From Ramazzottius varieornatus (Eukaryota; Animalia; Tardigrada), in assembly GCA_001949185.1 (NCBI GenBank), contig BDGG01000002.1, positions 4,764,448 to 4,828,447 on the forward strand: 64,000 nucleotides of DNA, in the 5' to 3' direction. Every line of letters begins with the position of its first letter. The stretch's first letter is position 1. A program made the translations under genes and the position numbers. This document shows, one piece after another, positions 25,724 to 36,950 of this stretch. The notes beneath the pieces were generated by a model. That model worked only from the letters and a program-made list of their open reading frames with translations. It searched no databases and was not told where the DNA came from.

Positions 25724-26568
25724 CAAGGGGATTTTGCCAACGCTCCAGTCTTATTTTACAAACTGAAACGGCAGAGAGGTAGAAGACAGTTTTCTCTATC
25801 GCCTGGGCTAGACCAGGCTGGCAGAAAGATATCCTGAAAAACAGAGCAGGAAGCGGAAGTGACGTCAGAACCTGGGCGGAAGTTGGGCGTCAGCGCAGTT
25901 CACTGTGGCATCAGTCAAGTTCTTTGATTGTCTGCTGGTTGATTCGCTATTTGATTGATCTGTAACACTATAATATGGGAAAAAGAGTAGCTGATCACTA
26001 CAGTTTTGACTGTTTTGTCAAACTTCGTCCCCTTTTCTCGTCTGCTCTTCTCCAGTTATCGCAGACATAGATTTAAGTGTAGACCTTAACAATAAGCCTA
26101 CCGCACCTTTAAATAGTGCCTTCAGAAGCTTGTCATGGTCACTTAGAGAGTCATTTGGTTGAAAAAACCTGTTCATAGTCCATGGCCAAAAGCTTCAGGA
26201 TGTTGAAAGAGTTACAGAATCTATGTCTACGATAACTGGAGGAGAGAAAACGAGAAAGAGGACGAAGTTTGACAAAACAGTCAAAACTGTAGTGATCAGC
26301 TACTCTTTTTCCCATATTATAGTGTGACAGATCAATCAAATAGCGCATCAACCAGCGGACAATCAAAGCACTTGAGTAATGCCGATGTGAATTGCGCTGA
26401 TGCCCATGTTCCGCCCAGATTCTGACGTCACTTCCGCTCCCTGCTCTGCCTTCCACGGGTTTTTTCTCTGCCAGCCTGGTCTAGCCCAGGCAACAGAGAA
26501 AACTCTCCTCTACCTTTCTGCCGTTTCAGTTTTTGACACGAGACTGGAGCGTTGGCAAAGTCCCTTCG
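25724..26568. mobile_element. Non-autonomous foldback DNA transposon of Tc4/Tc5 type: ~350-bp inverted arms, ~140-bp spacer, TAA target duplication in a CTAAG site
   Basis: 25724-~26073 is the reverse complement of ~26218-26568 at high identity (for example TATAATATGGGAAAAAGAGTAGCTGATCACTACAGTTTTGACTGTTTTGTCAAACTTCGTCC). Termini are CAAGGGG.../...CCCTTCG, flanked by c-TAA and TAA-g. Confidence 0.9.
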
Positions 26569-28659
26569 TAAGTTATGGTGGCTCTCAGCCTAAATAACTC
26601 CGTCCAATTCCGGGTTGCTGTGCCATGTTAGAGATTCCCACAAGGGTTTGTAATGAGGGGTCCAGCGGGGAATGGACTCATGTTGAGAGAATAGGTTCAG
26701 GCCGTTGAGCAGAATATCAAGGAGGACTCTTGCGTTGGTTTGCGATGTATGTTGCTGGGACGTGGCGTACGCGGAAAGGCAGTACGACGAAGTGGTGTTG
26801 AGTGTGCGATGTAAACAGTTTGTTGAGAGCCAGTGAGAGCCGTGTTGGCTTGGTAAAGCGGGAAGGTTTCAGTGGTAGATTGAAGAAAGCGAGGGAGAGA
26901 AGGTCGGTCGGGTCGGCTTATATGGTGGAAGTTGCTTTGAGGAAGTTGACTGTGCGCTTCGCCGACTTTAGACTGGATTGCTCAGTATGGTGTTGACGAC
27001 TCGGCTGGGAAGAATAGCTCTAAATGCTGATAATGGTACAAAGTTTGGAAAGAAGAAGATAAGGATCCAAAGTGCGCCGCCATCACTGAGTCAAACTTGT
27101 CCTTGCCATGGACGACGGCTTACAACGCTTGTCTGTGTATACGTGCTGACGGCGTTTATTCCCAAGTCGCTGCTACTGGTATCACACTTCCGATGTGCCC
27201 GCGAGAAGTATCCTGTTGTCAGGATAGGAGTTACGACCATCGAAGTTTGTACGATTCGCAGAATTCGCATATTCGTTGAACTCGCTCCGCAAAACTCGCA
27301 TTATTCGAAAGGAATGACTTGCCTCATCAAGTCCAGAGACCGAAACAGACTTTCGTTGCGCATGAGGGGGCGAACCTTGTGACCATGGCCAACGACGTAC
27401 CGTTATTTGTCATTAATTCGTTAGTTGATTGTGGCGATATCGCGATGCTACTGATCTTGCTGGGCTGATCACTGGTGGAGGTTCACTGGTAGAAGTAGAT
27501 GAGACACGAAGCCCTGAAGAAAAGAAAGTGTACAGAGGCGGAACAGCAGGTCGGTAAATTAGGTAGCTACCCAATTTGCCGATCAATCAATATTCAAGCG
27601 GTTATTGATTGGAATCGCTGACATATTATGTCGTGTCATGTCACGTCTTATCATTCAGCATGACAGGCCACACTTTTCGGTGCATGACATGACATTCAAC
27701 ACGACATGACATACGACATGAATTTCCAGCCGCTTGAATGTGGAAGAATAAAAAAAATAGGTTATTCCAGTAATAAGCTATGAGAACAACCAAATGCGGT
27801 TCGAAAGTCGCGTCTCTTTGCTCCCTGTTCCTGCTCCTGCCGCAAAAACAGTATGAGGACGTCGATGATACAATGCGAACTTCTTTTGGTTTCGTTTTTA
27901 GCAACAAACCGTAGCTCGTTCTTCTGGCTAATCATCTGTCTTCGGCAAAATTCATGTAAAATTTGAAACTGAAGTTTAGCTTGAAGAAATACGTCGCGAA
28001 ATGATCATTGTCGCTATGCGAGTATCTACGGGTTAGTAGAAAGTAAGGCTCCCCACTTATTTCCTACTGCTGGTTCCTCTGTACTCCTGTCTTTTTCTAC
28101 GCAGCGCGGCTTATATGGGTAGCGTACACTTCTCCATTTATTCGCGATACAAGCAAGCTTTATGACTGGTTTGACGGCCTGTCCCCTGTAGAGTGGCATT
28201 GAATGTTCTATCAATCGACAGCTAAATCAGCTCCAGCTTCCTTCGAACACAGCAACAAGGCTATGTCGCCGATACGTTTGGTTAGGTTTTCGATTATTGA
28301 TTAGCGCTGGTGGTGTATTGCATCAGATTACCGGCAGGTTACGAGATTTTTCTTGCTCTCCGGCATCTTCGTCCCCTGTATCCTCCCTATATCCCTCTGC
28401 CTCTGTTTACCGAGTAAGTGCTTGGTTCGAGCCTTTGACGGTGAAGAGTTGCGCTGGCTAACCGTCTGTTTCTTGCAGGCTTGTTGAAGAAGCCTCGACT
28501 TGTTCCATCATCACCTTCATCGCTCTTGTCGTCTGTCTGGCCTCTTCTGTCACCGTCTGTTCTGCTGCTGACTCTTGCCTAGAGTCTTCCATTTGTTCTA
28601 CTCCGCCCTGTGGGTGTTTCCGTTGCAGGTTAGTGGACATCTAAGCCGAGTCATATCCC

Positions 28660-29759
28660 GAAGAAGAACCGGTAATAAAGAAAAATGCGGATGAATGCGT
28701 TGCTCTAGTAAGACCACGCATTCAAGCCTGTGGAATGGACTCTATGGAACGCAGACCAATCAGGCTTCGAATATGAGATACGTCCAGGTCGAACTCTGGA
28801 TTTTGTCGGCGCAAAGCATGCTTTGGCACTCACTCGGTCAAAGAACTCGATGACCCACAGCTATACGGTAATGATGTGCGTGTCTCCAGGTACTCGAAAG
28901 TTTCTCCCAGTTCTTTTCCCCACGCTCCAAGAAGACAAGGGTGTCTTTGGGCCCATCGTGAAACGAACCATGTTTTTAAGGCTAGCAATCTGCATGCCAC
29001 CGCTTCGACTGCCGGCAAGATGACCAAGCAACTGTTCATCGAAAGGTGCGAGAGAGTTTTCTTCCCGCATATGAATGATCACTGTATATATCCAGCCGAT
29101 TCTTGGCCGATGTTTGCTGATCAAGACGCTGTGGAAGAAGTCAATCCCGAAGAGCTCGAGTGCGAGATGATCACCATTCCGCTCAAAATAACCGGCAAAT
29201 CAAGCCCCTCGATGTCCTCTGTTTCCAACTGGATACTTCTGGATGATCAGCCGGTTCACGTCCACCACCGAGACTTAATTCTTAAGCTTCACTCTTTGAT
29301 CTACCGACAGTTTACTTCTCAAAGGTTCGAGAACCTGATTGCTCAAGCTTGGCACTTATCAGGATACACTGACAAGTTCTCCACGTATGTGAACCCTACC
29401 GAATACTGTTTTGATGGACTTACTGGCCATTGCGATCGTGATAATTGTAAGCGCTCTCTACTTCTCAAATGCGGTCGGTGTAAGGCTCCTTTGTGCTTCC
29501 ATCACTTTTACGAAAGATATTACTTCTGTAAAACTTATCTTCCTTGATACTTTTGTCTTGAATTTTGTTGCAGATCGAACCGGTCTGATAAACCAGCCAT
29601 GTACCGCCCAGATTCTAATGTCACTTCCGCTTGCTGTTGTATCTTCCAGGATTTTCTTCCGCTGATTCCGCCTGTCTCAGTCGATGGAGAAAACTCTCTT
29701 CTACCTTTCTACCGTCTCAGTTTCTGAATCAAGACGGGAGGACAGTGCCAATCCCCTTG
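28660..29759 (+). mobile_element. 5'-truncated, frameshifted Tc5-like (pogo-related) DDD transposase with its right TIR (~29600-29759)
   Basis: WNADQSGF (D1), THSYT, ADSW (D2) and an out-of-frame PLDV (D3, ~37 aa after D2). Cys-rich C-terminus CDRDNC...CGRCKAPLCFHHF resembles the Tc5 C-terminal domain. At least three frameshifts. The downstream sequence is homologous to the foldback arm and ends CCCCTTG. Confidence 0.85.
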
Positions 29760-30260
29760 TACGGTCAAACTCCTCTAAGAATAACGATGGTATCTGGTTA
29801 ATAAGTGGGTCTCAGGAACCAAGTTCAGCAACCAAGAGGACATATGAAATAGAGCTAGTGGCATCTAAAAATGAGGTTCGCCCAGGTAGTCGCAACCTTG
29901 TCAGAAATCCATCAAGCAACAGTTCACGCACGTGAAGAACTTTTCATATGTACCAGCAATGGTTTAGTCTGCTTGTTCATTCAAACCCTGAAGATAACTA
30001 CAAGAACTTATTTTTGCGATATTTAACAAATGATCGTTATGAGGATTTTAGGGGGTGACAGGAAACATGCACGAGGAAACTTCAGCTTGTGAGTCAACTT
30101 GCCTCTGTGCCAGTATTGTGCGGGTTTGCAGAGACGCTTGCAATGCACCTTAAGTAAATCTAGGTTTTGTGAAGAACCGGAACTTTAAGAGTGGTTTCTA
30201 GGACCTAGGTTGTCATGATTAAAAAGCGGAGCAGGTCCTATGAACTAGTCGTTTTGCCGG

Positions 30261-30316
30261 CGTCCAGGTCGAACTCTGGATTTTGTCGGCGCAAAGCATA
30301 TTTTGGCACTCACTCG
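30261..30316 (+). repeat. 56-nt duplicate of transposase sequence 28781-28836
   Basis: cgtccaggtcgaactctggattttgtcggcgcaaagcat(gc/at)tttggcactcactcg, 54/56 identical. Confidence 0.9.
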
Positions 30317-30888
30317 TTCCAATCAAGACAATCAACTCACTGCTGTGATGCGGACAGGAACCACCTCGGAAACAGGCGTGGCATCATGGTACGCACCCAC
30401 CAGTTAAAAATCAAGGAGCGTGTTGCTGTAAATCGTAACCGTGCTGTGAATGAGACCACTACAACACTGAGCGAAGGAAGTTCAAGGAACACAGCAAACA
30501 CTTGAAATTGAAAGATGGAAAACCAAAACAAGAACTGTGAATCAAGATATGCTTACGTCGCAAGTAAGCACGGAACAAGTAAGCCATCAATTAATCAATC
30601 TACAGTACATGCGATGTCGTTTCTTTAAACTGGGTTTGCGATAAGCGACCAACGTGACATCACACGGTGAACTTCCGGTCGGCTACAGTCATAAGAATGA
30701 TATGCAACGGAAAATCATTCTCCGCTTTTCGGAATTCTTCCACATCTCTCCGGAGCCCGGATTAGAATAACGCATTCTCTCTGCGCTGACCTTGTGCCAG
30801 AGAGGAATAGTGTTGCACAGTTGTTCTGCACTGCGGTCGCTGTCTCGTTTCAGGTGTTCCCGATCTCGAAGAAGGACTAACGGGAAGA

Positions 30889-31980
30889 ATGGCTAATAAG
30901 ACGGTCAAAGATGCCGTGGCTGTCCACGGCTCGGATCCGCAGCACATCATCGACGCGATCGTCCGACAGCGCATTCGCGACTCGATATACTGGAAGGAGG
31001 AATGCTTCGCGTTGACCGCTGAGCGAGTTGTGGACAAGGCCATGGCGTTAAAATACGTTGGAGGAGTTTACGGCGGAAACGTCAAGCCTACGCCGTTCTT
31101 ATGCTTAGTCTTGAAGTTACTCCAGATCCAGCCTGAGAAAGAGATCATTATGGAGTTCATTCGTCAGGAGGAGTTCAAGTACGTACGAGCTTTGGGAGCG
31201 TTCTACTTTCGACTGGTGGCTACTGCCAAAGAGATCTTTGGAGAACTGGAACCCCTTTATAAGGACTACCGGAAGATACTGTTCCAAGACAGAATGGGCA
31301 AGTTCGAAGTCATACATGTTGACGAGTTTATCGATCGCGTTCTTCGTGAAGAAAGGTAAGAAAAAACGGGACTCAAACTCAGGCAAAAAACTCAGCGAAA
31401 TCGTTTTTTCCAAGTGGCGCAAGCTTCCGGCCAATAACGCTGAGACCGTGAGTCACATGAGAAAACTGTATTGAGGAGTTTGTCTGACGAGCATACGAAT
31501 ATTCCGAACTTTTCTTTTGGGTTTTGTAGGTACTGCGACGTTATCCTGCCCAGGCTGCAGAAACGTCTCGTGCTGGAGGAAACGAACGAACTGGAACCAC
31601 GAGTGAGCGCACTGGACGATGAGATCCGGCCGCGAGAGGATGATGAAACAAGCGAAGATGAAAAAGACAAGAAACGATCGCGGCCATCTCAGTCTGATCG
31701 TCGACGGGAGACGGACAGGTCTCCAGGGCGTGAGCGTGAAAGAAGACAGCGCCGTCGATCCTCCTCTTCATCGTCCTCCTCCTCTTCCGATTCGGATGAC
31801 GACAGGGACCGAAGAAGGCGCCGTAGTCGCACGAACTCTCCGCCACGTCGACAAGATCGTGAAAGGGTTGGCCATAGACGCCAGTCGCCATCCGACTCCC
31901 GCAACCGCGATCACCGTGGAAATGATCGGCAGTCGGATCGACGAGGTAGAGACTCTTCTGAACGAAGTTATCGACGTTGA
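30889..31980 (+). CDS. PRPF38A: Pre-mRNA-splicing factor 38A; exons 30889-31355 and 31530-31980
   Basis: MANKTVKDAVAVHGSDPQ...YWKEECFALTA...KPTPFLCLVLKLLQIQPEK...FKYVRALGAFYFRL; phase-2 intron; RS/RD-rich C-terminal tail. Confidence 0.96.
31389..31480. repeat. ~90-bp palindromic element, copy 3 (PRPF38A intron), right arm degraded
   Basis: aactcagcgaaatcgttttttccaagtggcgcaag-loop-cgtgagtcacatgagaaaac...gagtt. Confidence 0.65.
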
Positions 31981-32613
31981 CTATGATTCCCTCCACTGTC
32001 TTGTAAGTAGAGCTATTTGGTCACAGTTATTCGAGATTCTTCTTCTTTTAATGAAATTGCGATGACACATCATGTTGTTTGTCTAGGTTCTAACTTTCCG
32101 CAGTTTACAGTCCTTTTCTTCGATATTATTTTTAGGGTTTGTCTCTGTTCTTTAGGAGGATAAGCGCTAGCATCATTAAAATGTTACCAGAGGACCTCCT
32201 ACTCCCAGCGGCTTTATGACGACGGCTCGTACGATGGGAGCCTGCCTAGATGTACATTCGATAAGCTCGAAGAAGGAAGGTCGCTGTGCAAAGTATGTGT
32301 GTTGATTTGACGGTACATGTTTGAGGGGTACGAAGTGTGAAAGCGCTGACATGGCTTAACGGTTCGTACTTTTTGTGCAGCGGCAAGCAGAATGTAAATC
32401 CATTCCGGATTTTGTACAAAAGTATAGACTACGCGGCTGGATGAGTAATAACCAAGTCTTAACTTAAGGTTTGTTGGACGTTACAATCTAAAAATACTCC
32501 AGTTTATTTTCGGAAGTTTGATACTTGAAGCCCATCAATATCGGAACTATCTAAACACTGTATCTGTTCAGAAGAGCACCAGAGAAGAACTCTCCTGAGA
32601 CCGTGCCGAAAAC

Positions 32614-35096
32614 ATGGATTTTTGGGTTCTCCGTATGATATTGTTAATCAGGCTGACAGTTGTCCGGACCGATCCTTCCCAGTATGGACTACCGCCTTCC
32701 TGCAGTACTTTTGATGTGGACTGCAGCATGGACAACTCTGGAAGCACTGTAACGGGTCGGCTGATGGCCGGCGGCAACACCGGAAGATGTTTCTGCGACC
32801 CCCACTGTAGCGTATATCAGGACTGCTGTTCTCCATCCCTGGACCCGACCACGGTGGCAGAAGAAAGAAGCCAAGAGAAATGTATCGCGCTTCCTTATGT
32901 TTCGGAAAACGATTACACTGGTATATATGCCGAGACGACATGCGCGGACAGCAGTGCCTGCCCGTTCTCCGCGAATGACCAGCTCGCATCACTTCCGGCA
33001 TTTAGCAAGTCTTCGAACCAGACCTACCTCAACCTCTTCTGTGCTTTATGCAACGAGGAAAGTTATCAAGATTTAGTGTTCGGGAAACTAGACGTCAAAT
33101 GCGACGAAGAAGTGGGCGAAAAGAACATCCTGCTGTATTTCAATAGAGAGACCGAAGAAGGAAAGAGCGACCTTGGGGACCAGATTCGAAAGATGTGCAC
33201 GCCTAGCTACAGAATTCCTGATGGTCAACCAGCCACAAAGTGCCTTCGAGCAGTGGATACCTGTCTCAACGGAGCCTCCGCCGCTGATGAAAATTTCTGT
33301 CGGTCGTACCTTCGACCATTCTTCTGGCAAGGGACCGTACTGTACAGGAATCTTCACTGCGCGCAGTGCGCAGGCCTGAACCTTTCTTTGTTAGAAATCA
33401 ACGACTGTTTGTCGCCTATGCTTTCTTTACTCGGAGACCTACAGTCTCATGGCGGCGACCTGTCGGCCAAGGATATATTCGACCGAGGGTTCGCCGGGTA
33501 CTCAATGACCATTTTGCTGGACTTGAACCTCGACAACGGTAACGTCGTTGGAACACAGAGGAAGTGCCCTGACGGACAGGTCTTCGATCCATGGCAGAAC
33601 CTCTGCCGTCCAGTCATGTGTCCCGAAGGACAAGCGTACCGGGAAGGGAGTTGCCGAAAGAATAAACCCTCTCGAGCCGGGAAAACACCCACAAAGCTCC
33701 CTGTAATTACTGCGGGACCTTCGAGAAACTCATCTGGGTTGAATAACGAGGAACTTGACGAGTTACAGCAAGATCACGTTGTCCATGTGTCAGTTCATAA
33801 TCATAGCCTCTACGGCCGTGAGAACAAGTCAACGGTTTCTCAGGCCCTTGTCAATACATGTCCGCGGATCGATCTGCTCCCCGGAGAATACACCATTTCG
33901 GGCAACTTTCTGTACACCATCCCATCACAACAAAAGTTCAATTTGTCGGAAGTGATGTTCATCAGCGAGGATATCGTCTCTGTTTGCCTAACTGATGGGT
34001 ATGTTAGCGTCTGAATGATATTTTCTCAGATCGTAAATTCCAGTATTCTCACACGGACTTTTGTTTGTCTGACAGGTTGACAAATGGCCAATATGTCGAT
34101 ATCAACTCTGATGCAAAGATCATCCTGTCCGTTGTTTGTTATGCACTATCTATCCTTTGTTTACTGCTCCATTTCACGGTCTACATCCTGGCCGGTAAAA
34201 CCCGCATGGTTCCGGACCTCACTCTTCTAAGCATAAGTGCTTCCATCTTCTTCGGCCAACTCTTCCTGCTCCTGTCTCCCATCATCCAACAACAGTTCCT
34301 GGTAGACTCGCCGCTCTGCAAAGCCAGTGCGGTCCTCCTCCATTACTTCATCCTGTGCATCTTCACATGGTCCAGTGTCGTAGCCTACGACATCACCAAG
34401 AGCGTCATGTCCCTCGAGCACAGTAGTTTCTCCAGTACAGAATACTCCAGTTTCTGGCGCTATAGCTTGTTCGCTTGGTCCACACCAGCAGTGTTCGTCA
34501 TCATCGGGCTCACTATGGACCAAGTCATCCCGTATAACCCCTTCAGCCCAGCTTACGGCCAACACATTTGCTGGATCAGTCGTCGAAAGAGTCTCTGGGT
34601 TCTTTTGGGAGCCCAACTGGCTTGTGTGATTCTTGCAAACTTCGTGCTGTACTGCATCACCGCCAGCGCCCTCTGGAGGTCGCACAGGCTGAGGCTGACA
34701 TTAGCAGTTTCATCCCAGGTACACGCCACCCCGCCCAAAGAGCGTTTCCGGTTGTACGTGAAGCTGGCCATGATCATGGGACTAGCATGGATCATTGGGT
34801 TCTTCTCAATCGAAATACCGGTTTTTGGATATGTATACATTTTGGCCAATGGTCTGCAGGGTGTATACATATTTGCAGCGTTTTCTTGCAAGCGAAGCGT
34901 TTTTCAAGGTGTGATAAAGCAGGACGTCTTCAGTACCCTGCCCAAAAGATTCAGCTCTTCGGGATCAAAGAAGTCAGCGCTTTCGCATCTCTCGTCCCTT
35001 TCTGCGGAAAGGTCAAGAAAGTCCAGCTTGCAAGTTAATCAGATAATCTCGTGCCGGAAGTCCATTGATATTCATTCACCCCCTAACAGATGCTGA
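32614..35096 (+). CDS. Class B (Methuselah-like/adhesion-like) 7TM receptor with signal peptide, somatomedin-B-like domain and Cys-rich ectodomain; exons 32614-33998 and 34076-35096
   Basis: SMB-like CFCDPHCSVYQDCC; repeated YxNxxCAxC; 7tm_2 motifs CKASAVLLHYFILCIFTW, YSLFAWSTP, CWI, LYVKLAMIMGLAW, NGLQGVYIF; phase-2 intron. Confidence 0.85.
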
Positions 35097-35766
35097 GCTG
35101 GCAGTTACTTCTGTTTCCGAACTCGAAGAACCACGCTATGACCATAGCACCCGTTCTGTACGAGTCCAAACTATCATTATGTCAGTTAATTTTCTCTCTG
35201 AAATAGTTTATAATTACACAAAGTAAAAACGGATTTGATGGAATGTTCGGACAATCGAGCTGCCGTTAACTCCGATATGGATAATCTTCGGTCATAGATT
35301 TGGCGGATCGTATTCCATAGTGAAGTTTTGTTGCAGTGCTCGGCTCAAAGTTGTACCTTTGAAAATACCGCCAGTCGAGTAAGGTATACCGGCGGCAGAG
35401 GAGTTTTTTCTTCTGTTTACTGCGTAACATTAGACATTAATGCCTGGTCCATTTGCGCTTACACAAGCATTACACAGCTTTCGGCTTTCCGCTTCACTGC
35501 GACCGTATTAAACAGCATAATACCCAGGTTTGACATGGCAGCACCATCAGCAGGATTCTATTTCCGGCTCCGATTCATTGCAAGGCAGGCACCTGTTGCT
35601 GGCCGCGTACTCTACTCTGACCCTTTATTCCTCACCTATCGGCTGTAATCCTCACTTCCGCCTCTAAGGCTCCCATGGTGGACCTTAGCAGGCTGCCGAG
35701 AAGCACCTTTCGACCTTCATCACTGAGTCCAACAAAATAGCCGGTACCGATATCTGAGCGTCGATT

Positions 35767-36779
35767 ATGTGTGACGACGGATTATCTTGCCCATTTCTTC
35801 CCAGTGACTGTAACCTGTCACGTGTGGCTCGCAATCCGTGCTGCCGCGAACTATGCTCAGATTCAAAGTGGAGGGACTCGAACAGCCTAGCGGGTTTCTT
35901 GAACAACATCACAAGGTCCTTACTGGGATGGGACGAAACACCGCGAAGTTCGGCACAATCAGCGGGTAAGCAACATTTCCAAACCCTTTTCAAATGGGAG
36001 GTGGGCGAATGAACCGACCCAGGTCGTATTTTCAAGTGGCGCACGCTCTCGTCCAATAGCTGCGAAAACGTGCGCCACTTGAAATGGCGATCTGGTTCAG
36101 TTTATTTACATCCCAGTTTTTTCTCAGTTAGCTTCTCTCTAATATTTAATTTCCTCTCACGTTTTCAGGCAATAGTCCACTAACTCGGACTATAAAATTC
36201 AGTCTGTCCAACTCGACTGCTTCGTTGCCGCCCATTCGCCAGATTCTGACTATCAAGCCAAGCCCAAGTTCGCTACCAGAGTTCTACAACTACGCTGGCG
36301 GCCATTGGGAGATTCCGTCTGAGCAAGACTTGGCACAACCTGCTGCTGGAAACGGGAGCTATGAGGCGGTCATTATCGGCATCACCTTACTGATCATATG
36401 CCTTCTCGTAATCGCAGTTATCTTTGTCATGGCTATTTTCCGCTTGCGCAGTTTACGTTACATGGCACCCTCGAGATCTGACGGTACATTAATTCGTACA
36501 CAGGAAAAACGCTTATATGCTGAGTGGTCATTTTTTACAACCAACAATATTCAATTTGCAGAGAATAATGTACAACGGCAGACTTCTGGCAGTCATCATA
36601 TCCAAGTGGCTTACATCGCTCCACCGCCAGCTTACGAAATCGCCAAACCTGTTTGTGATGATCTCCCGCCTACTTACGAGCAGTCTACGGGCATAGAAGC
36701 CGAGGCTCCATCTCTGTCACCACCAGCTCCAGTTACCGCCATCTCCAATCCACACGATGAAAGACTTGAGCATATCTAA
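35767..36779 (+). CDS. Single-pass membrane protein with small 6-Cys N-terminal module and cytoplasmic PPxY motifs; exons 35767-35965, 36169-36483, 36562-36779
   Basis: Phase-1 GTAAGC..CAG intron links the Cys module to the TM exon. TM segment AVIIGITLLIICLLVIAVIFVMAIF is followed by RLR; PPPAY and LPPTY lie in the tail. The second 78-nt intron is in frame, so it could be retained. Confidence 0.65.
36012..36102. repeat. ~90-bp palindromic element, copy 4 (intron 35966-36168)
   Basis: ttcaagtggcgcacg-loop-cgtgcgccacttgaa forms a perfect 15-bp stem; outer arms ccaggtcgt/gcgatctgg. Confidence 0.88.
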
Positions 36780-36950
36780 ACCATTTCTTTTCTGCCTGCA
36801 ACATAAATTTCGTTAATACTGACATCTGGAATTCGCATATGCTGTCACAGTTCTCACGTCACCTCCACACTTCACTAAAATGGGTCTTACCTGGTACTCA
36901 GTGCACGAAGTTGGTTGGAACCGGAAGTAGCTGGGTTGGGTACGAAGCCT

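Noticed and set aside
28250-28640. Minus-strand coiled-coil/RG-rich fragments resembling a gag remnant
   Set aside because: Too degraded; no intact zinc knuckle or LTR seen.
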